Shown: positions 47,962-56,946 of the stretch, one piece after another
Layout: each line of letters starts with the position of its first letter
Position numbering within the stretch: the stretch's first letter is position 1
Virus record (IMG/VR): IMGVR_UViG_3300045961_000282
Span: 142,258 to 206,257 of that record
DNA: 64,000 nucleotides
Reading direction: 5' to 3' (one strand)
The notes under the pieces: generated by a model
Told to the model about the DNA's origin: nothing
Seen by the model: only the letters and a program-made list of their open reading frames with translations
Database searches by the model: none
Made by a program: the position numbers and the translations under genes

Positions 47962-48321
47962 ATGACAGACAAGGCAGTGTGCTGGGAACTCCAGTCCAGC
48001 AGCGACTCCATCCACGGCCTGCGCGTGCTGCTCGTCGGCACGTTCGTCGGCACGCAGTTGCTCAGTAGCGAGAACGAGCGGCCCCGCTGGTCGTTCCGCG
48101 AGTACGCAACCGTGACCGGCGCAGGCGAAGCCGCCGTCGAGTTCACGCAGAACTTTGAGCGCGACCACGGGGGCCGACTGGTGATCCCGCCCGGCGAGAT
48201 TCTGGTCCACCCCTCCGAGGTCGCCAACCTGCACAGCCACGGGCCGATCCCGCCCTCGCTGCGCGCTCGGGTGTTCACGTCCTTGCAGCGGCGCGACCCC
48301 CGGGAAGGGGGTGCGTCGTGA
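47962..48321 (+). CDS. Divergent WGR-like paralogue 3
   Basis: AGEAAVEFTQNFER..G.LVIPP. Confidence 0.6.
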   Translation: MTDKAVCWELQSSSDSIHGLRVLLVGTFVGTQLLSSENERPRWSFREYATVTGAGEAAVEFTQNFERDHGGRLVIPPGEILVHPSEVANLHSHGPIPPSLRARVFTSLQRRDPREGGAS

Positions 48322-48668
48322 GCAAGCCCAAGCCCAATCAGGGCCTCGCGTGGAGCATCGCCTGCGACAACGACCTTGAGGTTGTGATCGTCGTGGCGGG
48401 CAAGTGCATCCTGCTCAACTCCAAGGAGTCCTCGGGCACCGCCCCGTGGCGACTCGGGTACTACCCCGACTCCGACGAGGCGCACCTGCGGGCGGTCGAG
48501 ATGACCGGCTCGTATGAGCGCCTTCGGGCGGGCAAGGTGAGCCAGCCCGTCATGGTGACCCTGCCCGAGAAGAAGTGGGTCGCCACCGTCGAGTCGGGCA
48601 CCGTGGACGATCAGGTGATCGAAGCCGTCCTGCGGGCTCTGACCCGTGTGGATTTGACGGACGACTGA
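48318..48668 (+). CDS. Divergent WGR-like paralogue 4
   Basis: EAHLRAVEMTGSYER..G....P. Confidence 0.6.
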   Translation: MSKPKPNQGLAWSIACDNDLEVVIVVAGKCILLNSKESSGTAPWRLGYYPDSDEAHLRAVEMTGSYERLRAGKVSQPVMVTLPEKKWVATVESGTVDDQVIEAVLRALTRVDLTDD

Positions 48669-48803
48669 CACCGTGCCTATACTTGAGGCACAGAACGACG
48701 CAGCAACCTGACTGGGGTCCGATCCCCCGATTTGACCCCAGTCGGGTTCTGTGCCTAAGATAGTCACCACAAGCACCACCACCACCACGAAAGGAGAACG
48801 ACA

Positions 48804-50648
48804 ATGACCTACAACCCCCGCAACCTCGCCTCATGGTGGGCGTCGATGCAGAAGGCCGATGCCCGCGAGTGGGTTCGCGTGTCGGCTGAGACTGGCGACT
48901 TCCTGCGCACCCTGTCGGGCCGCGAGGACCTGCTCGCCGTGGTCGAGCCGGGCATCTGTGCCGACAAGGGCGCGCCCGCCGTCTACCTGCCCGAGAAGGC
49001 CCACGTCGAGGTCAACCCCGACAAGTGCGCCACTGGGATCGCCCCCGCCGATATCTCCATGACCACTGAGGTCGCTCGGCTGCGGCACCCCGCCCTGACC
49101 GGCGCGTCGGTGCATGAGGGCGCTCACGCGATGGTGTCCCAGTGGGAACTCGACCAGACCCCCGCGCGCCGCCGCGTGGTGCAGGCTGCCCTGCTGTTGG
49201 AGGAATCCCGCGCCGAGAAGCACATGGTCGAGTCCAACCCCGAGACTCGGGTGTTCCTGCGGGCCGCGTTCACCGATCTGGTCAACGCTTCGGGCGAGAT
49301 GCCCGAGGACGTGCACGGCGCGGCGCACCTTGCCGCCCTGTCGCTGGGCCGGGCCGACGCAGGCGTGCTCGACCACGCCGAGGTCGCAGACCTTCGGGCC
49401 GACCTTGTGGCCATTCTGGGCGAGGACCTGCTCGACTCCCTGCGGGCCGTGTGGCTCGACGCGCACGCCCTGCGTGACCACCGCGACAAGGAGGCGATGG
49501 AGGCGCTGGGCCAGCGCTGGATCGACCTGCTGCCCGAGCCTGAGGCCGAGAGCGCCGAGGGCGGGATCACCGTGATCGTCTGCGGAATGCCTTCCTCCGG
49601 TGGCTCTGGCGGCGGCGAGGGTTCCGAGGACGAGTCCGAGGGCTCTGGCTCTGGCGACTCCGAGGGTTCCGAGGGGTCCGAGGGCAAGGGGTCCGGTTCG
49701 CTGGGCCGCTTGGCCGAGGCCGTGGCCGCTGCCGCCGAGGCCGAGGCTGAGGCGCAGGTGGACGGGGCCAAGGTCCGCGACGAGGCCGAGCGCCGCGCCG
49801 TGGCTGCCAAGTCCGACCGCGAGGCGTCCAAGGCCGCTGAGAAGGTGTTCAGCGACGAGATTGGCCACGGCCACGGCTACGGCTACGGGGAGGGCGTCAA
49901 GGGGTCCGAGGCTCCGTCTGTCAAGGTTCGCGCGACGGCCAACCGGCTCGCCCGCGCGATCCAGAAGGCGCAGTTCCGCGACCGCTCCAAGACCGTGCTC
50001 TCTGCGTCCGTCCCGCCCGGTCGGCTCAAGTCGTCGGCGGCAGTGAGGCGCAGCGCGCAGCAGTCGCAGGGCATCCCCGTCACGGCTGAGCCGTGGCGCC
50101 AGACCGTGCGCAAGCACGTCGATCAGCCCCCGGTGACGGTCGGCATCATGGTCGATATCAGCGGGTCGATGCGCTGGGCCGAGCAGCCCGTCGCGGAACT
50201 CGCGTGGTCCATCGCCCACGCCGTGAACCGGAACGAGGGCACCACGGCGACGGTGGCCTACGGCGAGCGCGTGCACGCCGTGACCAAGCCGGGCGAGTCC
50301 CCGAAGGCGATGCGCACGTTCGATGCGTCGGGCGGCACCGAGGAAGTCGCCGGGGCGCTCAAGGCCCTCGACGGCGGGCTGCACCTGACCAACGGGCGCG
50401 GCGTGCGGATGCTGGTCAACGTCAGCGACGGCCAGTACACGCACTCGCAGCGCGAGAAGGCAACGGCGATCCTGCGGCGCATGACGGCCAACGGCGTCAA
50501 GGTGCTCTGGATCGACGCTGACGGCGGCGGCTGGGCGGGGACCACCCCCATCACGATGCCCGGCGTGACGACCGTCAAGGTCAAGCGCGGGGCCGATCTG
50601 GCCGACGTGCTCGCCCCCGCGATCACCAAGGCGCTGTCCGAGGCGTGA
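48804..50648 (+). CDS. VWA-domain protein with N-terminal HExxH metallopeptidase-like domain (MoxR partner)
   Basis: HEGAH...LLEESR, G/S/E-rich linker, MIDAS VDISGSM, GGT, VSDG. Confidence 0.88.
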   Translation: MTYNPRNLASWWASMQKADAREWVRVSAETGDFLRTLSGREDLLAVVEPGICADKGAPAVYLPEKAHVEVNPDKCATGIAPADISMTTEVARLRHPALTGASVHEGAHAMVSQWELDQTPARRRVVQAALLLEESRAEKHMVESNPETRVFLRAAFTDLVNASGEMPEDVHGAAHLAALSLGRADAGVLDHAEVADLRADLVAILGEDLLDSLRAVWLDAHALRDHRDKEAMEALGQRWIDLLPEPEAESAEGGITVIVCGMPSSGGSGGGEGSEDESEGSGSGDSEGSEGSEGKGSGSLGRLAEAVAAAAEAEAEAQVDGAKVRDEAERRAVAAKSDREASKAAEKVFSDEIGHGHGYGYGEGVKGSEAPSVKVRATANRLARAIQKAQFRDRSKTVLSASVPPGRLKSSAAVRRSAQQSQGIPVTAEPWRQTVRKHVDQPPVTVGIMVDISGSMRWAEQPVAELAWSIAHAVNRNEGTTATVAYGERVHAVTKPGESPKAMRTFDASGGTEEVAGALKALDGGLHLTNGRGVRMLVNVSDGQYTHSQREKATAILRRMTANGVKVLWIDADGGGWAGTTPITMPGVTTVKVKRGADLADVLAPAITKALSEA

Positions 50649-50732
50649 CCCGCACGGGGGCCGGATTCGACAAGAGTCCGGCCCCCGTGCTAACCTTCTA
50701 CTACCACCAACACCAACGAAGGGAGAACCACC

Positions 50733-51140
50733 ATGGGCGTCTATGCCACCAACACCTACAACCTGACCATCCCCATGACCGAGGTCGGCAAGATCACCAG
50801 CGAGTTCCGCGACAAGGTGCGCGGCACGTGGTACGAACTGCCCGCCGAGTGGGAGGCCGACACCCCCGAGGCGCTGGTCGACATCATCACGCAGACCTTC
50901 GGGTGCGACGACAAGGCCGAGGGGCCGCGCATCGAAGGCGACAGCCTGATCCTGTGCGACTCCACCTTCGGCAAGGTCGGCGACACCGAGGCCCTGTGCG
51001 CGACCCTCGCCGAGCACGGCGTGACCGGCACCATCGAGTCCGAGGTCGATGGTGAGTTCTGGCTGACCTCCATCAGGGACGGCGGCTGGAACGACCACAA
51101 GGGCGTCGTGACCTACCCCACCTACGAGGCGTCGTCATGA
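50733..51140 (+). CDS. Hypothetical protein
   Basis: Canonical leader. Confidence 0.75.
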   Translation: MGVYATNTYNLTIPMTEVGKITSEFRDKVRGTWYELPAEWEADTPEALVDIITQTFGCDDKAEGPRIEGDSLILCDSTFGKVGDTEALCATLAEHGVTGTIESEVDGEFWLTSIRDGGWNDHKGVVTYPTYEASS

Positions 51141-51301
51141 TCTTGGTTGGTTTTTGCCAGACATGTCAGAAGGTCAAGAACGTTCGGGTCTCCAACGCCG
51201 GTATGGTTTCACTGGCCCGAGGCGGCGTCGCCGTCGGCCAGTGTCCTGCCTGTGCGGACGCCGAGCAACAGGCGCGCCGAGGGGGCCGACGTGCCCGCTG
51301 A
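51137..51301 (+). CDS. 54-aa Zn-ribbon protein
   Basis: Hand-translated MILVGFCQTC...QCPAC; ATGA coupling. Confidence 0.55.
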   Translation: MILVGFCQTCQKVKNVRVSNAGMVSLARGGVAVGQCPACADAEQQARRGGRRAR

Positions 51302-51509
51302 CAACCTGCGGGGCATCAACCCCAAGTCCAAGCGCGACATCCTCCGTAGGGCGCGCAGGGCAGGCGCCGAGGTCGTCCTGCGGCCCGGTGGCCACGTCAA
51401 GATCACCGGCCCCAACGGCATCGTCTTCACGGGCGGCACCAGTAGTTCGTGGGGCAAGGCCGAGCGGAATCTGGAGAACCAGATCCGAGCGGCTGGCATC
51501 GAGATTTGA
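51291..51509 (+). CDS. HicA-like small protein
   Basis: G..V.....GGHVKI..P.G......T.S....RN....IR.AG pattern. Confidence 0.6.
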   Translation: MPADNLRGINPKSKRDILRRARRAGAEVVLRPGGHVKITGPNGIVFTGGTSSSWGKAERNLENQIRAAGIEI

Positions 51510-51539
51510 CCGTTGCCCAGAGGCCTGATACGCTGAGCA

Positions 51540-51767
51540 CAGCACGACAACAACTGACATCTCGACAGCGCGGTCGGCGGGCGGAGAAAGTCTGTTACGC
51601 TGCGTGGCACGGATCAGATCTGTGCACTAGTGGGGCGCGAGTCCCATAGGAAGACCAAGGGCAGTACACCTTAGAGGGAGCCAAGTCTCCGCTCCGAAAG
51701 GCCTGCGGAAATCCGAAATCAGTCAGAGACACCCGTTTCTGATAGAGACCGAAAGGTTTACATCATC
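51540..51767 (+). promoter_or_regulatory. Long structured 5' leader of the GHKL-like gene
   Basis: TTGACC(51506)-17-TACGCT promoter; several hairpins with GCGA/GAAA loops; SD lies in the last hairpin. Confidence 0.5.
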
Positions 51768-54044
51768 ATGAGCATTTCCGCAGCACTCCGCGATGCGGAG
51801 CCCTTCCTCTCTCCTAGCGAGGAAGACGACCTTGACGGCGGCGCCACTGCGACGTCATTCGCCCTGAACCGCACCTATGTGGACGGCGGCACCTTCCAGT
51901 GGGCCTATGAGTTGCTCCGCAACGTCGAGCAGTTGTTCGACCGCATGGTCGCTGCTGGCGAGGACACCTCCAAGGTCGGAATGTGGTTTGACCACGTGCA
52001 GATCGAGGTGCTGAACACCGAGGGCGACGTCATCGCCAAGCCGCTCCTGCGTCGCGTCTGGAACATCGGAACTCCGATGGACCCTGAGACAGAGTTGCTG
52101 AGGTACTACACGCGACTCAACCTCGGCGGCGGAACCAAACGCTGGAGCCCCGTCAACCTGAATGCCCCCTATGGCATGGGTTCCCGCGCGGCACTTCTGG
52201 GCTGGACCGACACCATGTTCGTCACCAGCGTGCCGGGCAAGGGATCCTTCGGCATCACCCTGCGTGGCGTGACCGACGAGAATGGCAACATCACCTACTC
52301 CCAGACTCGTCCCGTTCTCTACGACGAGGACGGCGGCTTCACCGTCTCGCTCTCTCCGATGGTCAAGTTGGCCCACGAGGATGATGACGTGTACTACCTG
52401 CGCTCCCATGGCGGTACGTCCATCGCCCTGACTGAGGACCTTCTCGACGAGCAAGTCCGGGAGCACGGTGGATTCACGCAGATCATGTTGGGCCGCGGGG
52501 ACTACACCAAGGACGTGTTTGTCGACACGACCCCTGCCAAGAAAGAGACCTCGGCGGGCATCATCCCTGCTATCTCTGACCGCTTCAGGATGGGCAAGTT
52601 CCCCGTCGTGGCGGAGACCATCTTTGAGCCTAAGGAGGGCCACAAGGGCGTCGCTCGCGAGTGGACCCTGTCCGACGGCACGAAGGTCCGCGGCAACCGC
52701 CGGGCGCTCAAGAAGTTTTCCGACTGGACTGACCGTGCGGAGCGGCTCAAGGATGTCCCGGTCGATGGCTACGGGACCAAGGTGACTCCGTACCTGCTGC
52801 CTGAGGACTATTGGCACACGGGTTCCTACACCAAGGAAGAGCGCGACGCGGAGGCGGCCAAGGACCCGAAGGCGGTGTTCGAGTACCGCTCGGACGGCAC
52901 CTACGGCAAGTTGAACGTGAAGGACATCGACACGATGCATCCGTTCAAGGGGCAGGGTCAGGTCGTTGTTGCCTTCAACTCCGAGTTGTACGCTGTCAAA
53001 GAGCCCGGCCTGCGTGGCCGTGCGAGCATCCTTTCTGCGTGGGGCATCCCGCAGGAGCGTGTCGCCCGCAGTGTGCTGCTGGTCATCACTCCGCCCGTGC
53101 TGGACAGCATCGAATCCGAGGATTGGGGCATCACTCAAAACGGGGCGCGGTCCAACATCACAGCGAAGAATGGCGAGAGCCTGCCGTTCAACTCATGGCA
53201 GGCTGAGTTCATCGAGTACTTCCCGAAGGAGATCGGCGATCGGCTGGCCGTGCGCCCACCATCGACGTCCAAGTTGATCGCCGAGGAGGACATCGCGAAG
53301 ATGGAGCAGCGCGTCTTTGGTGAGTCGACGTCCACGCCAAAGACCCCTGCTCGGATTGTCATCGACGAGAAGGGCAAGGTCGACGGGGAGCCCACCGATG
53401 GCACCATCGCGACCTCACAGGGCCACGGCAAGGGCAAGGGCAACGGGGGTGGGCCGTCCAGCGGTCCGAGCCAGACGGCAGTCGAGAAGACTGGTGGCGG
53501 GTTCAAGACGGCGCGCCGCCGCCCCAAGCGCCCCACCCCCCCGCAACCCGAGTTCCTGACTGGGCAGCAGTGGCGGGATGCGGGTTATGACGCCGACCTG
53601 TTCTGCGTGGTTTCCGAGGCGGGCCAGATGTTCACCATCGAGTTGAACGGCGCCCACCGCGTCATGGAGCGTCAGGTGAAGTACTTCTGGGACGACACTG
53701 TCCACGGACACTGGTCTGACGCGAAGCGCGCCAAGACCCGCGCGAAGATTCTTGTCGCTGCTGGCGGGAAGAGCACTCCCGGTGCGGACGAGAAGGCCAA
53801 GTTGGCGGCCATCGAGGAGATCGAGTACGTGTACCGCTTCGACGCTCTGGCCACCTTCATCGGCGCTCAGAGCGGCTACCTGAACGCAGATGGATCGGTC
53901 GATACGGTCGGGTTCATGAAGTTGTTCAGGGACGAGGAGGGTGACCCGACCAAGACCATGACGGTCAGCCTCGCCGCTATCCACCCGCAGGAAGAGGCCA
54001 TCAAGTCGCGCCTCAACTCGCTGGCCGGACGGTCCAGCATCTAG
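51768..54044 (+). CDS. Large protein with a divergent GHKL (HATPase/MORC-like) N-terminal domain
   Basis: ELLRN (motif I), NIGTPM (degenerate DxGxGM), YGMGSRAA (motif III); 758 aa. Confidence 0.6.
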   Translation: MSISAALRDAEPFLSPSEEDDLDGGATATSFALNRTYVDGGTFQWAYELLRNVEQLFDRMVAAGEDTSKVGMWFDHVQIEVLNTEGDVIAKPLLRRVWNIGTPMDPETELLRYYTRLNLGGGTKRWSPVNLNAPYGMGSRAALLGWTDTMFVTSVPGKGSFGITLRGVTDENGNITYSQTRPVLYDEDGGFTVSLSPMVKLAHEDDDVYYLRSHGGTSIALTEDLLDEQVREHGGFTQIMLGRGDYTKDVFVDTTPAKKETSAGIIPAISDRFRMGKFPVVAETIFEPKEGHKGVAREWTLSDGTKVRGNRRALKKFSDWTDRAERLKDVPVDGYGTKVTPYLLPEDYWHTGSYTKEERDAEAAKDPKAVFEYRSDGTYGKLNVKDIDTMHPFKGQGQVVVAFNSELYAVKEPGLRGRASILSAWGIPQERVARSVLLVITPPVLDSIESEDWGITQNGARSNITAKNGESLPFNSWQAEFIEYFPKEIGDRLAVRPPSTSKLIAEEDIAKMEQRVFGESTSTPKTPARIVIDEKGKVDGEPTDGTIATSQGHGKGKGNGGGPSSGPSQTAVEKTGGGFKTARRRPKRPTPPQPEFLTGQQWRDAGYDADLFCVVSEAGQMFTIELNGAHRVMERQVKYFWDDTVHGHWSDAKRAKTRAKILVAAGGKSTPGADEKAKLAAIEEIEYVYRFDALATFIGAQSGYLNADGSVDTVGFMKLFRDEEGDPTKTMTVSLAAIHPQEEAIKSRLNSLAGRSSI

Positions 54045-54060
54045 CAGTAGATGAGACAAT

Positions 54061-54088
54061 AGCCCCAGCCCTGTGATGGGCTGGGGCT
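54061..54088 (+). terminator. Intrinsic terminator-like hairpin
   Basis: AGCCCCAGCCC-TGTGAT-GGGCTGGGGCT. Confidence 0.6.
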
Positions 54089-54111
54089 ATTGTCCTTCCC
54101 GAGGAGCCACG

Positions 54112-55032
54112 TTGACAGGCGAGATCACTGCACCGTTCCCATATACCGGCGGAAAGAGACGCATTGCAGCGACAGTGTGGGAGGCTCTCGGAAATCCATA
54201 CTCCTACATCGAACCATTTGGCGGATCACTGGCAGTTCTTCTTGCGGCACCACGACCTGCTGGGTTCGAGGTCGTCAACGATTCCAATCACTTCGTCACC
54301 AACTTCTGGCGCGCAATCCGAGACGACTGGAGAGATGTTCTAGACGTAGCACAGGATCCTGTGACCGAGGCGGATTTCAAGGCTCGACACCTGTGGCTGA
54401 TGACCGAAGGAACTGCTCGTCTTCAGGAACTGGATATGGTTCGCAACCCATTTGCTTACGATCCCCTCGTTGCGGGATGGTGGGCATGGGGACAGAGTCT
54501 GGCGATCTGGCAATGGTGCCTTCCGGGGGCTGATGGAACTCCGGGAGCCATGGGTGGATTGAATCAACGCCCCGATGTACGAATCGGAAAGGGAATCCTC
54601 ACTTCGACCCCTCAGGAAATCCAGCGTCTAGCGGCTCGGCTTCGCCACGTTCGAGTCCTCTGCGGAGACTGGAAAAGGGCGCTGGGCAACGGCGTTCTCC
54701 TGCTCGAACAAAGGCGGGAAGACAAGGTCACTGCTGTCTTCTTGGATCCCCCGTATCGACCTCACATGCGTGATCCGAACGCATACGGAGCCGTGGACGA
54801 GACGAAGGCTCCGCTTGTCGACAACGACACCGTAGAAGCATGGTGCCGGGGAAATGGATCAGATCCCCGACTGCGCATCGTTCTCGCCGGGCTAGAGGGG
54901 GAGTATGAACTTCCAGGCTGGCGACAGGTGGCGTGGAAAGCCCCTCAGGCAAATCCAGAGAACCGCGACGCTGAGCGACTTTGGCTGTCGCCGCACTGTC
55001 TCACATCAACCACGCAAGAAGCCTTGTTCTAA
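54112..55032 (+). CDS. D12-class DNA adenine methyltransferase
   Basis: PFPYTGGK, YIEPFGGS, EVVND, FLDPPY; GAGGAG RBS before TTG; lower GC. Confidence 0.88.
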   Translation: MTGEITAPFPYTGGKRRIAATVWEALGNPYSYIEPFGGSLAVLLAAPRPAGFEVVNDSNHFVTNFWRAIRDDWRDVLDVAQDPVTEADFKARHLWLMTEGTARLQELDMVRNPFAYDPLVAGWWAWGQSLAIWQWCLPGADGTPGAMGGLNQRPDVRIGKGILTSTPQEIQRLAARLRHVRVLCGDWKRALGNGVLLLEQRREDKVTAVFLDPPYRPHMRDPNAYGAVDETKAPLVDNDTVEAWCRGNGSDPRLRIVLAGLEGEYELPGWRQVAWKAPQANPENRDAERLWLSPHCLTSTTQEALF

Positions 55033-55412
55033 ATCCTAGGCGCACGCTCGAGCGCGTGTACGACGAGAGCGAACCATATCTCCCCACCCTCGAGGAGACC
55101 GTCTCCCGGCCGCCGCGGCCGTGTCTGAAACTGCAGGAACTCTGCAGTTTCGCCGCCGCCATCAACACGGGTCCCTCACGACGCAGGTCCGCGGAGCGTG
55201 CTGAAACTGCATCGACCCTGCAGTTTCAGCACAGTTCGAGGAGATGATCGAGACGGTCTCCTCGAGATCTCGCGAACCATATCTCTGCCGATGTCGTCGA
55301 CTCCGCCGGGGCCCGGGCACCTCGGGCCGCCTGCACCCGGATTTGACCCATGTCATGACGAGGGTGTACGATTCATACATCGCACAACCACTACCACCAG
55401 AGAGGAAGACCG

Positions 55413-55991
55413 ATGACCACCTACATCCAGACCGTCCCCACCGGCGGCGTCTCCGTGCTGCATGTCGAGGGCTGCCGCAAGATCCACCACAAGGTCACGC
55501 TGGCCTCCATGGAGTCCTTCACGGGCCCGTGGGACCGCGTGTGCGACGTCTGCATCTCCGACCCCGTGCTCGCTGAGTCCGATGCCAACAACGCCCGCGA
55601 GTTCTGGAAGGCCGCCCAGTTCGCCGAGGCCGACCGCCGCAAGGCGGAGATCGACGAGATGATGCTGCGGGATCAGGCCGATCGCTACGAGATCATGCAC
55701 GGCTGGCTGCCCATCCGCGACTGGCTGGCCGCCCGCTTCGACACCGCCTCCGTGCGCCTGTACCGCGACGCCAGCACGAACTGGGGCTACGCCCCCATCT
55801 TCGAGTTCTACTCGAACTGGCCCGTGAAGACCGCGGGCGCCGACGTGAGGCTGACCTTCACCGACGGGCGCTGGACCATCGGTCGGGTCTCGAACACCTA
55901 CGTCGCGTCGTCTGCCGACGCCCGGCTGCTCGCCGAGGCGCTGCTCATGCTGGAGGCCCCTGAGGCCGTCCTGAAGGGAGCCGCCCGATGA
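55413..55991 (+). CDS. Hypothetical protein (HxxxC...CxxC)
   Basis: Canonical leader. Confidence 0.75.
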   Translation: MTTYIQTVPTGGVSVLHVEGCRKIHHKVTLASMESFTGPWDRVCDVCISDPVLAESDANNAREFWKAAQFAEADRRKAEIDEMMLRDQADRYEIMHGWLPIRDWLAARFDTASVRLYRDASTNWGYAPIFEFYSNWPVKTAGADVRLTFTDGRWTIGRVSNTYVASSADARLLAEALLMLEAPEAVLKGAAR

Positions 55992-56419
55992 GCGCCTACG
56001 CCCTGCCCTGCCTCGTCTGTGGGGCCGTCCTGCGCAACGTCCTCGACGAGGTCGACAACCAGCCCGACGGCGGCACCGCGTGCACCACCGAGGGCCACTA
56101 CGGCTCGACGGTGTGGGACCCCATGAACGGGGAGTTCCTCGAGTTCAACGTCTGCGACGAGTGCCTCACGCGCGCCGGGGAGCAGGGCCGCGTGTACGCC
56201 GCCCGGACCAAGCGCCCCGTGTACGTGGTCGACGACAAGGGCCGCGAGTTCATGGTCGGCTGGGAGAAGGCCGCCTACCGCCCCGTGCGCTGGCAGGTGG
56301 GCATGGCCAACTACGACGACGACGGCCTGCGCCTCGACATGGAGGAACTCGACGAGCCCCCCGCCGGAGTGCATCTGGAGGCCGAGGCCGTGGCCATGGT
56401 CAAGCAGGTGAACCGATGA
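55988..56419 (+). CDS. Zn-binding hypothetical protein
   Basis: CLVC...GHYGST..D...VCDEC. Confidence 0.75.
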   Translation: MSAYALPCLVCGAVLRNVLDEVDNQPDGGTACTTEGHYGSTVWDPMNGEFLEFNVCDECLTRAGEQGRVYAARTKRPVYVVDDKGREFMVGWEKAAYRPVRWQVGMANYDDDGLRLDMEELDEPPAGVHLEAEAVAMVKQVNR

Positions 56420-56946
56420 GGCCCATCACCCTGAACTCGATGGCGCTAGCCGACTCCTACACGCTGCGGCGGCTGTCGGCCAACGCCGTGCGCTACCGGT
56501 TGGGCCAGCAACTGGACTGGCGGCTGGACCTCATGCTCGATGCCACCGGCCTGCACATCCTCAGCCTGCGTGGGCTGTACATGCTGGGCCCCGACCGGCA
56601 GATCGAGGAACTGTTCACCATCACCTTCGACGAGCAGGGCAACAAGCACCCCTCGGAGATGAAGGCCCCCACGATCGACGGGGAGATGGTCGTGCGCACC
56701 GAGGCGCTGCTGAAGTTGCCCGGCACCGACAAGCCTCTGGAGGTCGGGCTCGACCTGCGCATGCGCGACTTCGTGGCGCTGCCCGCGCCTGACATCACTC
56801 GCCGCGGGGAGACCTCGAAGGTCTTCGAGATGGATATCCGCGGCGGCCAGTTCATCCCCGACGGGGACACCCCCCGCCCCACCAGCACGACGATGGAGCG
56901 GCTGTCCGCCCGCACCAACGACATCATCGAGAGGAGCCTGCTGTGA
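56416..56946 (+). CDS. Hypothetical protein
   Basis: ATGA coupling. Confidence 0.7.
   Translation: MRPITLNSMALADSYTLRRLSANAVRYRLGQQLDWRLDLMLDATGLHILSLRGLYMLGPDRQIEELFTITFDEQGNKHPSEMKAPTIDGEMVVRTEALLKLPGTDKPLEVGLDLRMRDFVALPAPDITRRGETSKVFEMDIRGGQFIPDGDTPRPTSTTMERLSARTNDIIERSLL

Noticed and set aside
49590-49760. GAGGGTTCC/GGCTCT repeats
   Set aside because: Encode the low-complexity linker usual in VWA partners of MoxR ATPases
46842-51098. Long minus-strand ORFs (648 and 755 aa) and similar overlapping ORFs such as 51855-53138 and 58041-59804
   Set aside because: Antisense shadows of real high-GC genes, with no RBS or motifs
3400-55420. Recurring ACCACCAC..ACGAAAGGA words as a CRISPR array or integron attC sites
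   Set aside because: Degenerate, irregularly spaced and always directly before start codons, so they are promoter leaders and RBSs; no cas or integrase gene seen
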